Numbered from the stretch's first letter, positions 19,300 to 27,250 are shown. The stretch: DNA of 49,490 nucleotides from Syntrophales bacterium (GCA_035685905.1 DASRZY010000228.1:1-49490), one strand, 5' to 3'. Numbers and translations are program-made. The notes: a model not told the origin generated them from the letters alone.

Positions 19300-19394
19300 G
19301 GAATGATGGAATAATGGAATGATGGAATACTGGGTCATGGAGGAGATTCTTCGTACCCAACATTCCAGCATTCCAATATTCCATTACTCCATTC
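19300..19394. repeat. inverted GGAAT/ATTCC octamer arrays between convergent lspA and the 3D-domain gene
   Basis: GGAAT at 19300, 19308, 19316 and 19324. ATTCC at 19362, 19370 and 19378, with a degenerate unit at 19386. The core is gggtcatggaggagattcttcgtaccc. The right arm overlaps the stop codon at 19384-19386. Confidence 0.85.
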
Positions 19395-19860
19395 TTCTGA
19401 TGATCGTTACATCGAGGTACTTGCGGCCCCAGGCGATGGCGTCTTTTTCTTTGGGGAAGAAGACGTCAATGTGATCCCCTTTGATGGCTGACCCCGTATC
19501 CTGCACTTCTCCCCAACCGTAGCCCGGCACGTGCATCTGTGTTCCGTATGGGTACCGCCGGATATCTGCGGCGATGGTCCCCTTCTTTGCTTTTTTCCCG
19601 CTCGAGGTCATGCCCACCTCTTTGACCTTTCCCTTATGGGGGCCGTAGGCATAAACGGGCGTGAAGAAGAAATCCAGAAACCTGTATTCCCACCCGGTCG
19701 ACTTGGGCCCGGGATCGTAAGCGGTGACCAGCATGCGCCGGGTTTCCCGGTCAGCCTTCTCCCCGGAGGAAAGCGTCGCGCATCCGCTGATCAGCAGGGT
19801 GATGCCGATCAGCATGACAGCGGCCTGAAGCCCCCGTCTTCGGGATGGAGTAACGGCCAA
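19384..19860 (-). CDS. 3D-domain (MltA-like C-terminal domain) lipoprotein
   Basis: C-terminal GEVQDTGSAIKGDHIDVFF. A likely TTG start at 19860 after agagagga gives a signal peptide with RRR and the lipobox LISGC. The track ORF extends to 19998. Confidence 0.7.
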   Translation of the reverse strand: MAVTPSRRRGLQAAVMLIGITLLISGCATLSSGEKADRETRRMLVTAYDPGPKSTGWEYRFLDFFFTPVYAYGPHKGKVKEVGMTSSGKKAKKGTIAADIRRYPYGTQMHVPGYGWGEVQDTGSAIKGDHIDVFFPKEKDAIAWGRKYLDVTIIRRME

Positions 19861-19921
19861 GGACGAAATCCTCTCTTTGCTGCAGCAGAAATCATCTCCC
19901 GTCCGTCCGCGCATGACCCTT

Positions 19922-21721
19922 TCACATTGCCTTGTGCCTTGTGTAGACGGCGCAGGAGCGCGCAGTGAATTCCAGGGGGATGTCCGCGTCCCTTCCATGC
20001 ATCATGTCGGGGAGCCGACTCCCGGGACCATTCCACCTTGTGTCGGCCGAGTTGAAGCGAAGAAGCCAGGGACCGGCGGGAATCGGCACGGCCACCACAG
20101 TCCTTTCCCGCCCCGCGTTGAACAGAACGATGAGATCTTCATCCTCTTTCCAGTATCGGGCAAGGAGGAACGTCTCTTCTTCGTAGCCCAGTATCCCCAT
20201 GCATTGCTTGTCCAGAAGACCTGCGGAGCGAAGCTCCTTCCTGAGCCGCGTGAGTTCGCTGTGAAACGGGCCGATCCCCTGGCCGGCCCCTCCGGGACAA
20301 GCGGCCCGGGGGCCCTCGAAGCAAAGCAGAGGCACGAAGGGAGAGAGAAGGAGAGTCGCGACGGCCAGCTTTTGCTCCTCCAGCGCCAAACCGGTTCTTG
20401 GCACCCGGCCTGACGGCAGGGGGAAGCTGACGAGAAACCGCTCACCCGGGAGATCCCGGGATGACCGTCCGTGGCGCCTCTGCCGCGAAGGCGAGAAATC
20501 TCCCGAGCAGACAAAACCCTCGAGGAGTGCCTTTTTGAAATGCCCGACGTTTCCGAACTCGGGGGGCGGGGTCATCAGCCCTTGCGTCAGCACTCCCTGG
20601 AGTGCATCGTGGAAGTCAGGATTCCAGAGCGCATCGAGGCCGATCCCTCCGTCCTCCCGTCGACGGATCAGGCGCGGGTCGTTGCGGCGGCTCTGCGCGA
20701 CGAGATGCAGCGGCCGGCCGATGCGGGTCGATTCATCCCGGGTCATGCGGGTCAATTCTTCGAGCAGGGGCGTCGGGGAGCGGTCGACAAGATGATCGAT
20801 GTGGCCGACGTCCAGGGTGTCGATGTGAAATTCCCTGAACCACCGCAGCGCGCCTTCGAGAAAATACCGCCGCACCCCGTCGCTGCGGGCTCCGTCGATG
20901 TTGATGTGCCGATCCGGGTCTGTGAAGTAAGGCCCGTAGCACGCAAAGGGGTCTCCCTCGATACCCGGCTCGAACAGGGATGTGCCCAACAGGACCGCGA
21001 GACCCCTCCGATGGCAGGCATCGGTGAGCCGCTTCAGTCCTGCATGCCCTCCCCGGGACGCGGGCACGCAGCAGGGCAGGCCCGACGGACGTGCTGCATC
21101 CAGCCTGACACAGAGAGCGGTGGCGCCCAGGTCCCGGATAGGACCGAGCTCCGGGATGAGGACATCAAAGGCGACGGTGCGGTCGCTGCTCTCATGAATA
21201 ATGTATTCGGAAAGTGGAAGGCCGCGCCACTGTCGATCTCTCCAGGGAAAGCGGGGGTCGGTGAGGCGGGAAGGCCCGCGGGGGCCCCGGGGTTGGCATT
21301 GCGAGGACGGGTCGGGCCGTTCGATCAGGCCGTCAAGACGATAAACGTAAAGCGCGCCCGGTTCGACTCCATCGACAACCCCGTGATGATAGCCGTTTGC
21401 TTCTCTCTGCAGCCTCACCGTGCGAGTGCGAGGCGCACGGATGCGCAGGTCCACCGCATCCGACCAGGGTGACCAGACCACAAAGGAGGAACGCTTGCGA
21501 CCCAGGTAGAAAGAGCCCAATGGCAGCCTTTCATCCACCTTGACCTCCCTGGGCGCCATCCCTGTCCGTCGGAAATCCGAAGCGCCCCGCCGGGTGAAGG
21601 GGTCGTTGACGGGTTGACCGTTTCGCTGCTGTACGCGCGCTGAAGCCATTGGGGCGGTGACGAGCGACTCCGTGCTTCCGTTTTTCCAGTGCTGTATCGG
21701 ATACGGCTGCCGGGGCGTCAT
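19922..21721 (-). CDS. malto-oligosyltrehalose trehalohydrolase (TreZ, GH13)-like protein with degenerate catalytic motifs; pseudoenzyme or in-frame decaying gene
   Basis: Colinear TreZ landmarks: VVWSPW, PDPSSQCQPRGPRGPSRLTDP, INIDGARSDGVRRY, IGRPLHLVAQSRRNDPRL, GIGLDALWNPDFHDAL and the C-terminal domain. The catalytic motifs are replaced. The start codon is uncertain (M1, M25 or M55). Confidence 0.6.
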   Translation of the reverse strand: MTPRQPYPIQHWKNGSTESLVTAPMASARVQQRNGQPVNDPFTRRGASDFRRTGMAPREVKVDERLPLGSFYLGRKRSSFVVWSPWSDAVDLRIRAPRTRTVRLQREANGYHHGVVDGVEPGALYVYRLDGLIERPDPSSQCQPRGPRGPSRLTDPRFPWRDRQWRGLPLSEYIIHESSDRTVAFDVLIPELGPIRDLGATALCVRLDAARPSGLPCCVPASRGGHAGLKRLTDACHRRGLAVLLGTSLFEPGIEGDPFACYGPYFTDPDRHINIDGARSDGVRRYFLEGALRWFREFHIDTLDVGHIDHLVDRSPTPLLEELTRMTRDESTRIGRPLHLVAQSRRNDPRLIRRREDGGIGLDALWNPDFHDALQGVLTQGLMTPPPEFGNVGHFKKALLEGFVCSGDFSPSRQRRHGRSSRDLPGERFLVSFPLPSGRVPRTGLALEEQKLAVATLLLSPFVPLLCFEGPRAACPGGAGQGIGPFHSELTRLRKELRSAGLLDKQCMGILGYEEETFLLARYWKEDEDLIVLFNAGRERTVVAVPIPAGPWLLRFNSADTRWNGPGSRLPDMMHGRDADIPLEFTARSCAVYTRHKAM

Positions 21722-21733
21722 CTCCCCGGCTGC

Positions 21734-22258
21734 TCAGGATGTCCTTCTGCCCTTGCCTTTGCCGGTTACGGACTCCTCTTTCCGGGGCCGGCCCCTGCGG
21801 CGTTTTGTGACGGGCCCCTTTGCCGCGCGATCGAGAATCCGGACGAGCTGTGCGAGGCTGAAGGACAGCCGCCTGAGTTTCTTGTCCGGAAGCGTTTCCA
21901 GCACGCCGGGGAGATTCCCCTGGGCCGCTTCGGGGGCCTTTCGCAGGGCGCCATTGCCTTTGGCGGTCAGTTTTACGTTGACCTGTCTGCGGTCTTCTTT
22001 CGATCGCGTCCGCACGACAAGGCCCCGCCCCTCGAGGCGGTCGACAATCCCGACAACCGTTGCCGGGTGGAGGTAAATGCGGCGGGCGAGTTCCGAGATG
22101 CTGATGCCGGGCGACTCGGAAAGGGTCTTCATGGCCAGGATCTGGGGCCCGGTGATCCCCGTCTCCTTGCGGATTTTCTTGGAGCGGGTCTGAAGGAGCT
22201 GAATGAGGTGCCTCAGGTGGCCGTTGATCTCTCTGACGAGGTCCTTCTCCGCCGCCAT
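21734..22258 (-). CDS. MarR-family transcriptional regulator with a basic AT-hook-like C-terminal tail
   Basis: Winged-HTH core (ISISELARRIYLHPATVVGIVDRLEGRGLV.R). Tail KRRRGRPRKEE..GKGKGRR. ATG at 22258 after aaggaggg. Confidence 0.85.
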   Translation of the reverse strand: MAAEKDLVREINGHLRHLIQLLQTRSKKIRKETGITGPQILAMKTLSESPGISISELARRIYLHPATVVGIVDRLEGRGLVVRTRSKEDRRQVNVKLTAKGNGALRKAPEAAQGNLPGVLETLPDKKLRRLSFSLAQLVRILDRAAKGPVTKRRRGRPRKEESVTGKGKGRRTS

Positions 22259-22294
22259 ACGCCCTCCTTTGTGTACATTCGAGTTGATGAAATT

Positions 22295-22323
22295 CGTATA
22301 CAAATAATTACGGGGATTGTCAA
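22295..22323 (-). promoter_or_regulatory. candidate marR promoter (TTGACA-N17-TATACG on the minus strand)
   Basis: rc of tgtcaa at 22318-22323 and of cgtata at 22295-22300, with a 17-nt spacer. Confidence 0.45.
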
Positions 22324-22355
22324 TGCGGTGAGCTGCAGGACGCCGAGCGGGAGCC

Positions 22356-22383
22356 TTGCAGAAAATCACAATTTCTGTATCAT
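22356..22383 (+). promoter_or_regulatory. candidate divergent promoter (TTGCAG-N16-TATCAT) with an embedded 19-bp palindrome
   Basis: The palindrome cagaaaat-cac-aatttctg (22359-22377) lies in the spacer and is a plausible MarR operator. Confidence 0.4.
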
Positions 22384-22421
22384 GCAAACAGCTGGGCGTT
22401 GACCGGGGGCGCCTAAGAATA

Positions 22422-22483
22422 AATCCTACCCTGATCTCCCTCTCCCCTCGGTGGGAGGGGGTCGGGTTGAGGGGGAATAATCC
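22422..22483 (-). repeat. REP-like element (CCCTCTCCC..GGGAGGGGG hairpin), copy 1
   Basis: Its reverse complement aligns with 42292-42338 (ggattattc..ctca.ccc..ccctctccc..). It carries G-runs at 22453, 22457, 22464 and 22471. Confidence 0.7.
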
Positions 22484-22689
22484 TGTTCCTCAATGTTTTC
22501 GGGACGCAATCACGTCCGATTCTTTCATTGCCGGGAAGCCCCGCCCTGTGGGCGCGGAGCTTCACAAGGCGTTCACCCACAGGGAGGCAGCCCGTGCCGG
22601 AAAACAGGGATCATCGCGATGCGCCTGCCGGAGCGCAGGGGAGGCGGGAAGCAGCCGGCGGCCGGGAGGTAACGGAGCGCCTGATTGCA

Positions 22690-24675
22690 ATGGATCCGCT
22701 TCTCGAGCCGTATCGCAGAAAATTGGACGAACGCATGCGGCGTGTCGTGGAGATGGAAAAGCGTCTGACGGGCGGGCGGATGAGCCTTGCCGACTTCGCA
22801 AGCGGTCATGAGTATTTCGGCCTGCATCGACGGGGGGGAGAGTGGGTGCTGCGGGAGTGGGCGCCGAATGCAACCCGCATCTGTCTGGTCGGGACCATGA
22901 CCGACTGGCAGGAAAAAAGCGCCTTCACGCTGGAAAAACCGGATGGCGCCGACGGTGTCTGGGAGATCCGTCTTCCACCGGACGCCATGAGCCACGGCGA
23001 TCTCTACCGGCTCCGGGTCCACTGGATCGGGGGGCAGGGCGATCGAATCCCCGCCTGGGCCCGGCGCGTCGTGCAGGACCCCCGCTCCCTCATCTTCAAC
23101 GCCCAGGTCTGGGACCCGCCTGCTCCGTATCGCTGGCAGCAGGAAGGGTTCCGGTGTCCGGCGAAACCGCCGTTCATCTACGAGACGCACGTGGGCATGG
23201 CCCAGGAAAAAGAAGGCATCGGCACGTACCGGGAATTCACGGAAAGCATCCTGCCGCGCATCGTCCGCTCGGGCTACAACGTCATTCAGCTCATGGCGAT
23301 CCAGGAGCATCCCTACTACGGATCCTTCGGCTACCAGGTGACCAATTTCTTTGCCGCCTCGTCGCGATTCGGGACACCGGAGGAGCTCAAGGAGCTGATC
23401 GATGCGGCCCATGCCGAGGGCCTCTGCGTGATCATGGACCTCATCCACTCCCATGCCGCATCGAACGAGGTGGAGGGCCTGAGCCGCTTCGACGGCACAC
23501 TGCACCAGTACTTCCACAAGGGCCCGAGGGGCCTCCACGAGGCCTGGGGCTCGCGCTGCTTCGATTACGCGAAACACCAGGTCCTGCACTTCCTGCTGTC
23601 CAACTGCCGGTTCTGGCTCGACGAGTATCGTTTTGACGGCTTCCGGTTCGACGGCGTGACAAGCATGCTCTACCTGCACCACGGTCTGGGAAAGGCCTTC
23701 CTGTCCTACGACGATTATTTCGACGGGACCGTCGATCATGACGCCCTGGCCTACCTGACCCTGGCGAACCGCGTGATCCACGATGTGCGGCCCGATGCCG
23801 TCACCATTGCCGAGGATGTCAGCGGGATGCCGGGGCTTGCCCTGCCCTCGGCCCGGGGGGGGACCGGATTCGACTACCGGTTCGCCATGGGTGTGCCCGA
23901 CTACTGGATCCGGCTCACCAAGGACACGGCAGACGAGGACTGGCCCCTCGGGCAGCTGTGGCACGAACTCAACAACCGCCGGCACGACGAGAAGACCATC
24001 AGCTATGCCGAATCGCACGACCAGGCCCTTGTGGGAGACAAGACACTCGTCTTCCGGATGATCGATGCCGACATGTACACCGGCATGAGCGTTTTTCAGG
24101 AGAATGTCCGCGTGGACCGGGGAGTGGCGCTGCACAAGATGATCCGCCTGGTGACACTGGCCACTGCAGGAAACGGCTATCTGAATTTCATGGGAAATGA
24201 ATACGGCCATCCCGAGTGGATCGATTTCCCGCGGGAGGGGAACGGCTGGTCCTACAAATACGCACGGCGGCAGTGGAGCCTCGTGGACAACGGCACGCTG
24301 CGATACCGGTTCCTGGCGGCGTTTGATCGGGAGATGATCGGCCTGGCCCGGCAGATCGGCCTGCTGGGATCAGGGAACCCGCGCCTCACGCACGAGCACA
24401 ACGATTTCAAGGTCCTCGCCTTCGAGCGCGCGGGGCACCTGTTCATCTTCAACTTCCACCCGGCCCGTTCCTATGACGGCTATCGGATCGACACGCAGCC
24501 CGGGACGTACCGCCTCGTCCTGGACAGCGACGCCGAAATCTACGGCGGCCATGGGCGTCTCGAGCGCGACCAGGTCTACTTCACGCAGCCGGAAGAGAAG
24601 GGACCCGGCCTGCGCCATCAGCTTCTTGCCTACCTCCCCACCCGTACCGCTCTCGTCCTGCGCTTCGAGGAATGA
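22690..24675 (+). CDS. glgB: 1,4-alpha-glucan branching enzyme, GH13_8 (eukaryote-like) type
   Basis: Intact GH13 motifs: DLIHSH, GFRFDGVTSM, IAEDVSG, AESHDQ. ATG at 22690, and the upstream part of the track ORF is non-coding leader. Confidence 0.9.
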   Translation: MDPLLEPYRRKLDERMRRVVEMEKRLTGGRMSLADFASGHEYFGLHRRGGEWVLREWAPNATRICLVGTMTDWQEKSAFTLEKPDGADGVWEIRLPPDAMSHGDLYRLRVHWIGGQGDRIPAWARRVVQDPRSLIFNAQVWDPPAPYRWQQEGFRCPAKPPFIYETHVGMAQEKEGIGTYREFTESILPRIVRSGYNVIQLMAIQEHPYYGSFGYQVTNFFAASSRFGTPEELKELIDAAHAEGLCVIMDLIHSHAASNEVEGLSRFDGTLHQYFHKGPRGLHEAWGSRCFDYAKHQVLHFLLSNCRFWLDEYRFDGFRFDGVTSMLYLHHGLGKAFLSYDDYFDGTVDHDALAYLTLANRVIHDVRPDAVTIAEDVSGMPGLALPSARGGTGFDYRFAMGVPDYWIRLTKDTADEDWPLGQLWHELNNRRHDEKTISYAESHDQALVGDKTLVFRMIDADMYTGMSVFQENVRVDRGVALHKMIRLVTLATAGNGYLNFMGNEYGHPEWIDFPREGNGWSYKYARRQWSLVDNGTLRYRFLAAFDREMIGLARQIGLLGSGNPRLTHEHNDFKVLAFERAGHLFIFNFHPARSYDGYRIDTQPGTYRLVLDSDAEIYGGHGRLERDQVYFTQPEEKGPGLRHQLLAYLPTRTALVLRFEE

Positions 24676-24748
24676 ACGCATAACGAAAACGGAGAACGTG
24701 AGACCCACATCCTCCGGGCGCGATTTCTTTTCTTGCTTAAAACTGAAT

Positions 24749-24812
24749 CACTGAAAACTTGAAACCCGCGCCCAGCGGGCGCGCGGAACCAACGAACTAA
24801 CGAACCAACGAA
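24749..24812. repeat. TGAAA-word array plus GC hairpin plus GAAC octamer array between convergent glgB and kef
   Basis: cactgaaaacttgaaacccgcgcccagcgggcgcgcgg is homologous to 2968-3003. GAAC at 24786, 24794 and 24802 (period 8). Confidence 0.75.
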
Positions 24813-24822
24813 ATGAGCGTGT

Positions 24823-26799
24823 CTATTCCTCCCCCCTCAGCACCATTTCGAGGTTCATCATCTTCTCGGGCGGCCCGACGATGAAGAGGATGTCCTCGGG
24901 TTGAAGGGCAAGCTCTGCCGGCGGGATGGAAACGATCTCCGCGTCGCGCCTCACCGCAAGCACCGTGACCCCGTAGCTGCTTCCCAGCTTTGCCTCGGCG
25001 ATTGTCTTTCCGGCAAGGGGCGATGTCGCATGGACACGAAGCGAGCGAAGATCCATGTCGGGCATACAGGCGCCGATGTTCGGGCACGATGTGGCGTGCC
25101 TCGAGAGATTCCGGAACATGGCGTACCCGTCCGATCGGATTTCCTCCACGAAGCGGTGGATTTCATCCTCCGGCAGGAGGTAGCGTGAAAGAATCCGGCT
25201 GAAGATCTCCACGGAGGCCTCGAATTCCTCGGGGATGACCTCGTTTGCGCCGAGGTCCATGAGGGGCTTGATCTCCTCGCGAAACCGGGTTCGGGCGATG
25301 ATGTGCAGCCTGTGGTTGAGCTTACGGGCGATCGCGGTGATTCTCCTTGCGGCCGCCGCATCGTTGATCGCGATGACCAGCGTCCGGGCCTGCCGGATGT
25401 TCACGTGGCTGAGCACGGCCTCGTGGGTGGCGTCACCGTAGAAGACAGGCTCGCCCTTTTCCCTCTCGTCGCGGACCCGGTCGGGATTCATGTCGAGTAC
25501 CGCATAGGGGATCTTCGTTTCCCGCGCCGCCCTGGCGATGTTTCTCCCCGTCATGCCGAATCCGATGACGACGAGATGTTCCTTCTCGTGGAAACGCTTT
25601 GCGCCGTGGACGTGCGAGGTCCCCCGCTTCCAGCGGCGGGGAAGCGGCAGGCGGGTCAGGGCTTCGGCGATGCGCGGTGAAAACTGAAAAAGGAAGGGCG
25701 TCGCCATCATGGTGAGAATCGAGAGGGCCAGGAACTCCTGGTAGAGATCGTCCGTGAGCAGCCCCTGGCTTCTTCCTGTTTCGGCAAGGATGAAGGAAAA
25801 CTCGCCAATCTGGCAGATGGCAAGCCCTACCAGGGCGGCGGCCCGCAGCGGGATCCCGACGACCAGGGCGGAAGCCGTGGCCAGGACGGCCTTGATCCCG
25901 ATGATCCCCCCGGCAACCATCAGGATGTAGCCGTAATAATTCGCAAGAAATCCCAGATCGAGGAGCATGCCCACGGAGACAAAGAAAAAGCTGGCGAAAA
26001 TGTCGCGGAAAGGAAGGATGTTGCCCATCGCCTGGTGGCTGTATTCATCGGAGATGACAAGTCCGGCCAGGAAGGCGCCCAGGGCCAGTGAGAGGCCGGC
26101 TGCATAGGTCAGCGACGCCACGGCGAGGCAGATGAATACCGTGGTGAGCAGGAAGAGTTCCCGACTCTGCGTCTGTGCGACCTTGTGGAGGATCCACGGC
26201 ACGACCCAGCGCGTGGCGGCAATCGTGAAGAAGACCACACCGGCCGACTTGGCCAGTATGAACAGGATGTTTTCCTGCGACACCTGGGCCGTCCCGCCCA
26301 GGAAGGGCAGGAGGATCATCATGGGGACCACGATGAGGTCCTGATAGATCAGGATGCCCAGGGCGTTGACCCCCTGCGGTGTTTCGACTTCCGCCCGGTC
26401 CTGGAGGAGCTTCATGACAATGGCGGTGCTGCTCAGCCCCGTGAGAAACCCGATGAACACGGACTGGCGCCAGGGCTGGCCGAAGGCATAGGCCACGGCT
26501 GCCGACGCTGCGAGCGTGAGTGCCATCTGGAGGGTCCCGCCGATGAGAGCCGTCCGCCGGATCTCGAAAAGGTTCGCAAACGAGAACTCGAGGCCGATGG
26601 TGAAGAGCAGGGCGATCACCCCGATTTCGGCGAGCGTCGTGACCGCCTCGATGTTGCCGACCAGGCGAAAGCCGTAGGGACCCGTGAGCAGGCCCGTCAG
26701 CAGAAACCCTACAATGACAGGAACCTTGAGCCGGTGGCAGAGGTAGAGCACAGCAGCGGAAAGGCCGATGATGACGAGAATGTCGTGCAGGAAAAACAT
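24823..26799 (-). CDS. CPA2-family monovalent cation:proton antiporter with RCK (TrkA-N/TrkA-C) domains, KefB/KefC-like
   Basis: MFFLHDILVIIGLSAAVL..VPVIVGFLLTGLLTGPYG, then the Rossmann motif VVIGFGMTGR and a C-terminal TrkA-C domain. ATG at 26799. Confidence 0.9.
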   Translation of the reverse strand: MFFLHDILVIIGLSAAVLYLCHRLKVPVIVGFLLTGLLTGPYGFRLVGNIEAVTTLAEIGVIALLFTIGLEFSFANLFEIRRTALIGGTLQMALTLAASAAVAYAFGQPWRQSVFIGFLTGLSSTAIVMKLLQDRAEVETPQGVNALGILIYQDLIVVPMMILLPFLGGTAQVSQENILFILAKSAGVVFFTIAATRWVVPWILHKVAQTQSRELFLLTTVFICLAVASLTYAAGLSLALGAFLAGLVISDEYSHQAMGNILPFRDIFASFFFVSVGMLLDLGFLANYYGYILMVAGGIIGIKAVLATASALVVGIPLRAAALVGLAICQIGEFSFILAETGRSQGLLTDDLYQEFLALSILTMMATPFLFQFSPRIAEALTRLPLPRRWKRGTSHVHGAKRFHEKEHLVVIGFGMTGRNIARAARETKIPYAVLDMNPDRVRDEREKGEPVFYGDATHEAVLSHVNIRQARTLVIAINDAAAARRITAIARKLNHRLHIIARTRFREEIKPLMDLGANEVIPEEFEASVEIFSRILSRYLLPEDEIHRFVEEIRSDGYAMFRNLSRHATSCPNIGACMPDMDLRSLRVHATSPLAGKTIAEAKLGSSYGVTVLAVRRDAEIVSIPPAELALQPEDILFIVGPPEKMMNLEMVLRGEE

Positions 26800-27082
26800 G
26801 CTTGTCCCTCGAGTGAATTGTCCTGAAAAAAGACAAGGCCGCAACCTGACAGAATGACGGATGGCGGCCGGGCGTCTCTCATGAGCTCCGGGTCATGGTT
26901 CGCGGACCTTCACCCTAAAGATATAAAATTCGTTTCTGAAAAGGCAAGGGTTTTCACAGCGTCCCGATTCCCGGGGCCCTGCCTTCGGAGGGTATCCGGC
27001 CGATCCGGTTCACTTTTTTATTTGACATTGATTTTTATCTGTGGTTTTGTAAGCGCAATCCAACCGGGGTACGCATCAGGCA

Positions 27083-27184
27083 ATGGTCTGCAGAAACGAA
27101 TTCAGGGTAAGGGTTGCTTCGGGAAATAGCTACGGCGGCTATTACTATTATAGCTATATCTTACCCGGGTCTGCCCATCGCTGA
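27083..27184 (+). promoter_or_regulatory. candidate Tyr-rich leader peptide ORF (33 codons) of the liv/paaK operon
   Basis: Own translation: MVCRNEFRVRVASGNSYGGYYYYSYILPGSAHR-stop. There are 6 Tyr codons within 9 codons (27131-27157). The SD is weak (agg 2 nt upstream). Confidence 0.35.
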
Positions 27185-27215
27185 ACCTTCTCCGGCAAAA
27201 AGCGAAGAAACAAAG

Positions 27216-27250
27216 ACCACGGGAAAACAAAGAGCCCCGTGGTTTTTTTT
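27216..27250 (+). terminator. intrinsic terminator/attenuator 48 nt upstream of the livK-like start
   Basis: 8-bp stem accacggg/cccgtggt (27216-27223 / 27236-27243), 12-nt loop, then T8. Confidence 0.75.

Noticed and set aside
22573-24210. 545-aa minus-strand ORF, plus several 60-260-aa ORFs inside glgB. Similar cases lie inside radA (780..1880), ppsA (39212..40600, 38354..39106), the TreZ-like gene (20471..21472), the liv genes (28054..28929, 29386..30585, 30356..31453, 31945..33345) and yfhO (4862..5881, 5140..6378).
   Set aside because: All overlap genes with strong family signatures in another frame or strand. They are a high-GC open-frame artefact.
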